A stretch of DNA of 16,113 nt, from positions 1 through 16,113 of the forward strand of contig DAOOUC010000011.1 in NCBI GenBank assembly GCA_035390665.1, given 5' to 3'. This stretch comes from an archaeon. Its GTDB lineage: Archaea > Iainarchaeota > Iainarchaeia > Iainarchaeales > CSSED10-239. The position numbers and the translations under genes were made by a program. Below the pieces are notes generated by a model. That model was not told where the DNA came from. It did not search any database and was given only the letters and a program-made list of their open reading frames with translations. Below, piece after piece: positions 14,301-16,113 of this stretch. Position 1 is the first letter of the stretch, and every line of letters starts with the position of its first letter.

Positions 14301-16113
14301 AATTAAAGATGAACAAACAGGAATTGAAGTTGATAAACAAGTTACTGTTAGTGTAAAAGATAGATTCAAAAAAGATTTAATTTCTAATGTTTTAGTTGGC
14401 GCTTTAGGTAAAGTTTCAATTACAAACATACCTGGTCAAGAAACAGGAAATAAAGTTTATGTTTATGTTCAAGCTCCAGAGTATGAGACACATATTTCTG
14501 AAATTGAAGTTACAGAGAATATATTTAAAGTAACTCCAACTAAAATTGGTGTTTCATTAAACATCAATACAAAAACAGAAGAGACTGCAAAATTCACTAT
14601 TGAAAATTTAAGTGAAAATTCTTTAGTAATTGAGTCAATTAGATTTGTTGGAGATGAAACAAAATTAGAATCACTAGATATTGCAAGAATAAATACAGCA
14701 TTATCTGGATATTATGATATTGAAATTCCAGGAATTGTAAAAGATGAAACAACTTATAATAATAAGAAAGAAATTGATGCAAAATTCTTTACAAGCCCAA
14801 GAGCTCAAACACTTAAAGAAGTAAAGAATTTGTCTTCTAATCTTGTTATTAAATTAAGAGACAAATATAATAAGCAATATTCTTGGGAAATGGAACTTCC
14901 AGTAACAATAACTGTTGGTTTTGAAGGATTAATGGATAATTCCAATTGTATTACTCTTTCAGAAGGAATGTGGGAAACAACAGTTGTTGATAAATATGTA
15001 GATACACAATTTACTTTGAAAAACAACTGTGGGGTAAATAGTAGACCTGTTCCATTAAACGGAGGCTTGTCTGCAAAGGTAGAATTTGAAGGCAATCCAT
15101 TAGGTGTATTTACTGTAGATGTTGGTACAAGAAAAGTAGAATTATCACACGGATATTTTAAATCAATTTATGATACTGTAGATTCAGAAAAAGTATATAG
15201 TGTTAATTTAAGATACACTCCTGTTGGAAGATATACAGGAGATATAAAAGGAAAAATAATATTTAGATCTCTAAATACAACAAACCAAGGAAGTCAAGAA
15301 CTATTAACCGAATATAAGTTTACACTACACGTAGTAAGCTTAAGTGACTGTTATGTTCTTTCAAAGAAAGTATTAACAGCAAAAGAAACTGGAGAAGCAG
15401 ATTCATTTACTATAGAAAATAAAAATTGTGGATCTCAAACAGTCTATAGACTTTCATGTGATGAATGTAATGGTCTTGTATTAAATCCAAAAGAAAACAT
15501 AACTGTTCCAGCAACAGGAAGTAGTGAAGAAATAAAAGTAATGTCAATGGGTGCAATGCCAGGAGTATATTTATTAAATGTTTACTCTAAAGTTGGTGGA
15601 GCAAGAGGACACGAGAGAAATGTTGGAAAAGTTAGAGTAGAAGTAAGACCTAACACTCAATGTCTTGACCTTGACAGATACGAATATGATCTTTATAGAT
15701 ATCAATACTCAGAAAACACAGGACAAGAAGTAAAAGCAAAAAGCTTTGATACAGGAAATATAATCAACCGTTGTTATGGTCAAACAGTAAAAGTACAAGG
15801 AGAAGTCAAAGACTCTGCAAAATGGCAAGTTGCCCTATTTAACGGAGTAAGAGACGGATTATTTACTGGTGCAACATCTGGTTTAATAAACGCAATGATT
15901 CCAGACAAAAATGCAGAATGTAATACTGGAATTTTAGGAATAGGGAAGAAAGCATGTCCTGAAGGTTTTGATTGTAAATCAGGAAAATGTGTTGCAAAAG
16001 AAGTAACTCCTCCTGTAAATAATGAACAAAATCAAAAAAACTTAGAAAAAGTATGTAATCCTGCTTGTGCTGATACTCATGAATGTGTAAATGGTGCATG
16101 TCAATTAAAAGTT
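11395..16113 (+). CDS. Second giant N-terminally anchored surface protein, a paralogue of gene 3 (3'-partial, at least 1573 aa)
   Basis: Not in the supplied track. I translated frame 1 codon by codon from ATG 11395 to 16113 and found 1573 sense codons with no stop. The start is MGLKNIYYFFENKWYDFVEKTGLYKVTDKIDKVMPSFLLFILIIIMLIAGIFLMIPS. The SD is at 11385-11389. Every track ORF in this interval is a short minus-strand shadow. It shares many collinear motifs with gene 3. Confidence 0.9.
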   Translation, partial: MGLKNIYYFFENKWYDFVEKTGLYKVTDKIDKVMPSFLLFILIIIMLIAGIFLMIPSIQGKGEATISFSVLDDEGNSVPLAPIMVSTETDNFRLTTDDYGTTEPISLKKDSEIYVSIDYSGSNYEKYSNNFVISDNQEIVIYLDNAESETQKVNYNFSLVDSLTSANIPNDGSIVFSCRNLGPIAPGTVTVIGGVVEVQADSACQLVAQSISIQGYETKYGVSISPQTSMIDLTKLSIGFEEQQTYSLYISVNNEAGNPLSSMQAKLYQNNVEIIGGNCLTANGVCTITGLESGSYTLKVTDTRTNAEYGQAQSSVYISSNTNQPITMTRNIAGYILVKVKKSNNQAISGATVTLKYIDNDNVDIASYTTDSDGQAYLAVYDLTKRYRVVVDKEDYLIASQSNIVAVANYPTNPTVTITLQQITPTTAAQLKLRVINSETGKGFPNAQVVLYSSDTGFLTDYKPKMTNSDGNVTFVVSSGNYYAKAFKGSSIGLSEEFEFNVRDATTAEAKIIPMEITKGNLLVTVVDKDGEAVPHANILLFDRYNSRTPIWGGDLANIDGTYEITEIVSDQDVYVVVSDIISNLGSTQSEFVYIKPNETNELKVTLYNKINASQKPKIEFLGFFNDSGSRLNGYIRSGAEYKAKFLLLIPSERWDSDLEEFEEVGAILRTGSSNTPYMENDSIYIKDIVLPNSEIQKFTQYSSEDGYDGKDDVDTRTEGDAKWAKVIFNPINNRDYATAYTIMADLKVKDDAAYGEKVDIHYLGFGYNEDEEYESDPVDNTNNDDVEYMTYKTESFNIGEEQACSDDFCFTLNITNLDEDLREDVVDNYNAKPQQNYKLRFGLINNNKDRIYTNNSRFEIKNADKGLIFKDINFTQPNSSHTNINVIPDTYEYKITTQQFNPHSTISGEIQFVPSLKGDRQILLQYVSDQRIVFTRLINIHVLSDKTFKVEITPEVIPSGKNFNLELEIKDEQTGIEVDKQVTVSVKDRFKKDLISNVLVGALGKVSITNIPGQETGNKVYVYVQAPEYETHISEIEVTENIFKVTPTKIGVSLNINTKTEETAKFTIENLSENSLVIESIRFVGDETKLESLDIARINTALSGYYDIEIPGIVKDETTYNNKKEIDAKFFTSPRAQTLKEVKNLSSNLVIKLRDKYNKQYSWEMELPVTITVGFEGLMDNSNCITLSEGMWETTVVDKYVDTQFTLKNNCGVNSRPVPLNGGLSAKVEFEGNPLGVFTVDVGTRKVELSHGYFKSIYDTVDSEKVYSVNLRYTPVGRYTGDIKGKIIFRSLNTTNQGSQELLTEYKFTLHVVSLSDCYVLSKKVLTAKETGEADSFTIENKNCGSQTVYRLSCDECNGLVLNPKENITVPATGSSEEIKVMSMGAMPGVYLLNVYSKVGGARGHERNVGKVRVEVRPNTQCLDLDRYEYDLYRYQYSENTGQEVKAKSFDTGNIINRCYGQTVKVQGEVKDSAKWQVALFNGVRDGLFTGATSGLINAMIPDKNAECNTGILGIGKKACPEGFDCKSGKCVAKEVTPPVNNEQNQKNLEKVCNPACADTHECVNGACQLKV
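11500..11565 (+). other. Signal-anchor transmembrane helix of gene 4 (SFLLFILIIIMLIAGIFLMIPS)
   Basis: Hydrophobic stretch at the same relative position as in gene 3. Confidence 0.8.
11581..13218 (+). repeat. Six tandem carboxypeptidase-regulatory-like beta-sandwich repeats of gene 4
   Basis: For example GYILVKVKKSNNQAISGATVTLKYIDNDNVDIASYTTDSDGQAYLAVYDLTKRYRVVVDKEDYL and GNLLVTVVDKDGEAVPHANILLFDRYNSRTPIWGGDLANIDGTYEITEIVSDQDVYVVVSD. The second repeat carries a Cys pair, as does the second repeat of gene 3. Confidence 0.7.
14521..15660 (+). other. ASH/PapD-like Ig modules of gene 4 with the same N-x-C strand motif
   Basis: TAKFTIENLSENSLVIESIRF; NCITLSEGMWETTVVDKYVDTQFTLKNNCGVNSRPVPLN; DCYVLSKKVLTAKETGEADSFTIENKNCGSQTVYRLS. 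Confidence 0.45.
15919..16113 (+). other. Cys-rich mini-modules (two copies of A-C-x5-C-x2-G-x-C) separated by a Pro/Asn/Gln linker, at the window edge
   Basis: ACPEGFDCKSGKC (15952-15990) and ACADTHECVNGAC (16063-16101), each preceded by one further Cys (15919, 16054). Confidence 0.55.

Noticed and set aside
11966-16099. Six minus-strand ORFs (11966-12256, 12840-13070, 13236-13421, 14184-14429, 14805-15095, 15863-16099), the only track entries after 11350
   Set aside because: The + strand frame 1 is open across the whole interval and encodes a clear paralogue of gene 3. These are antisense shadows, not genes.
1-16113. Alternative genetic code, or a giant-virus or mobile-element origin
   Set aside because: The long ORFs close with TAA under the standard code and Trp is encoded by TGG, so nothing requires stop-codon reassignment. 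The three spacers contain SD-like GGTG/AAGGT motifs and none of the AAAATTGA-type giant-virus early promoter motif. No integrase, transposase, terminal inverted repeats, att-like direct repeats or capsid/terminase-like motifs were seen.

Overview
Very AT-rich window with an A-skewed + strand. By coordinates it is about 99% coding, and all genes run in the same direction. Four + strand genes are separated by spacers of only 35, 133 and 44 bp. I saw no rRNA, tRNA, CRISPR array, transposase/integrase or long nucleotide repeat. Gene 1 (2-1780, 5'-partial) has a Lys-rich coiled coil and ends in an NlpC/P60-type papain-fold cysteine peptidase domain. Gene 2 (1816-3525) is an unusually large (569 aa) protein with a prepilin-type (class III) signal, MKLNNKG|FTLF..., and a C-terminal disulfide-loop motif, so it looks like a type IV pilin or tip adhesin. 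Gene 3 (3659-11350) is a 2563-aa giant surface protein. In order it has a ~40-aa N-terminal leader, one signal-anchor helix, six carboxypeptidase-regulatory-like beta-sandwich repeats, Cys-stapled Ig/ASH-like modules, a Lys/Arg-free Q/N/Y/M-rich insert, Thr-rich linkers, a ~760-aa region I cannot assign, and an Asn/Thr-rich beta-solenoid-like C-terminus. Gene 4 (11395-16113) runs off the window and is not in the supplied ORF track because it has no stop codon. I hand-translated it as open for 1573 codons, and it is a collinear but strongly diverged paralogue of gene 3. My best reading is a surface attachment or cell-cell interaction cluster (pilin-like protein, wall-type hydrolase, two giant adhesin-like proteins) from an AT-rich uncultivated prokaryote, DPANN-archaeon-like or CPR-bacterium-like. 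The domain of life cannot be settled from this window. All domain calls are by-eye motif recognition, not database searches.
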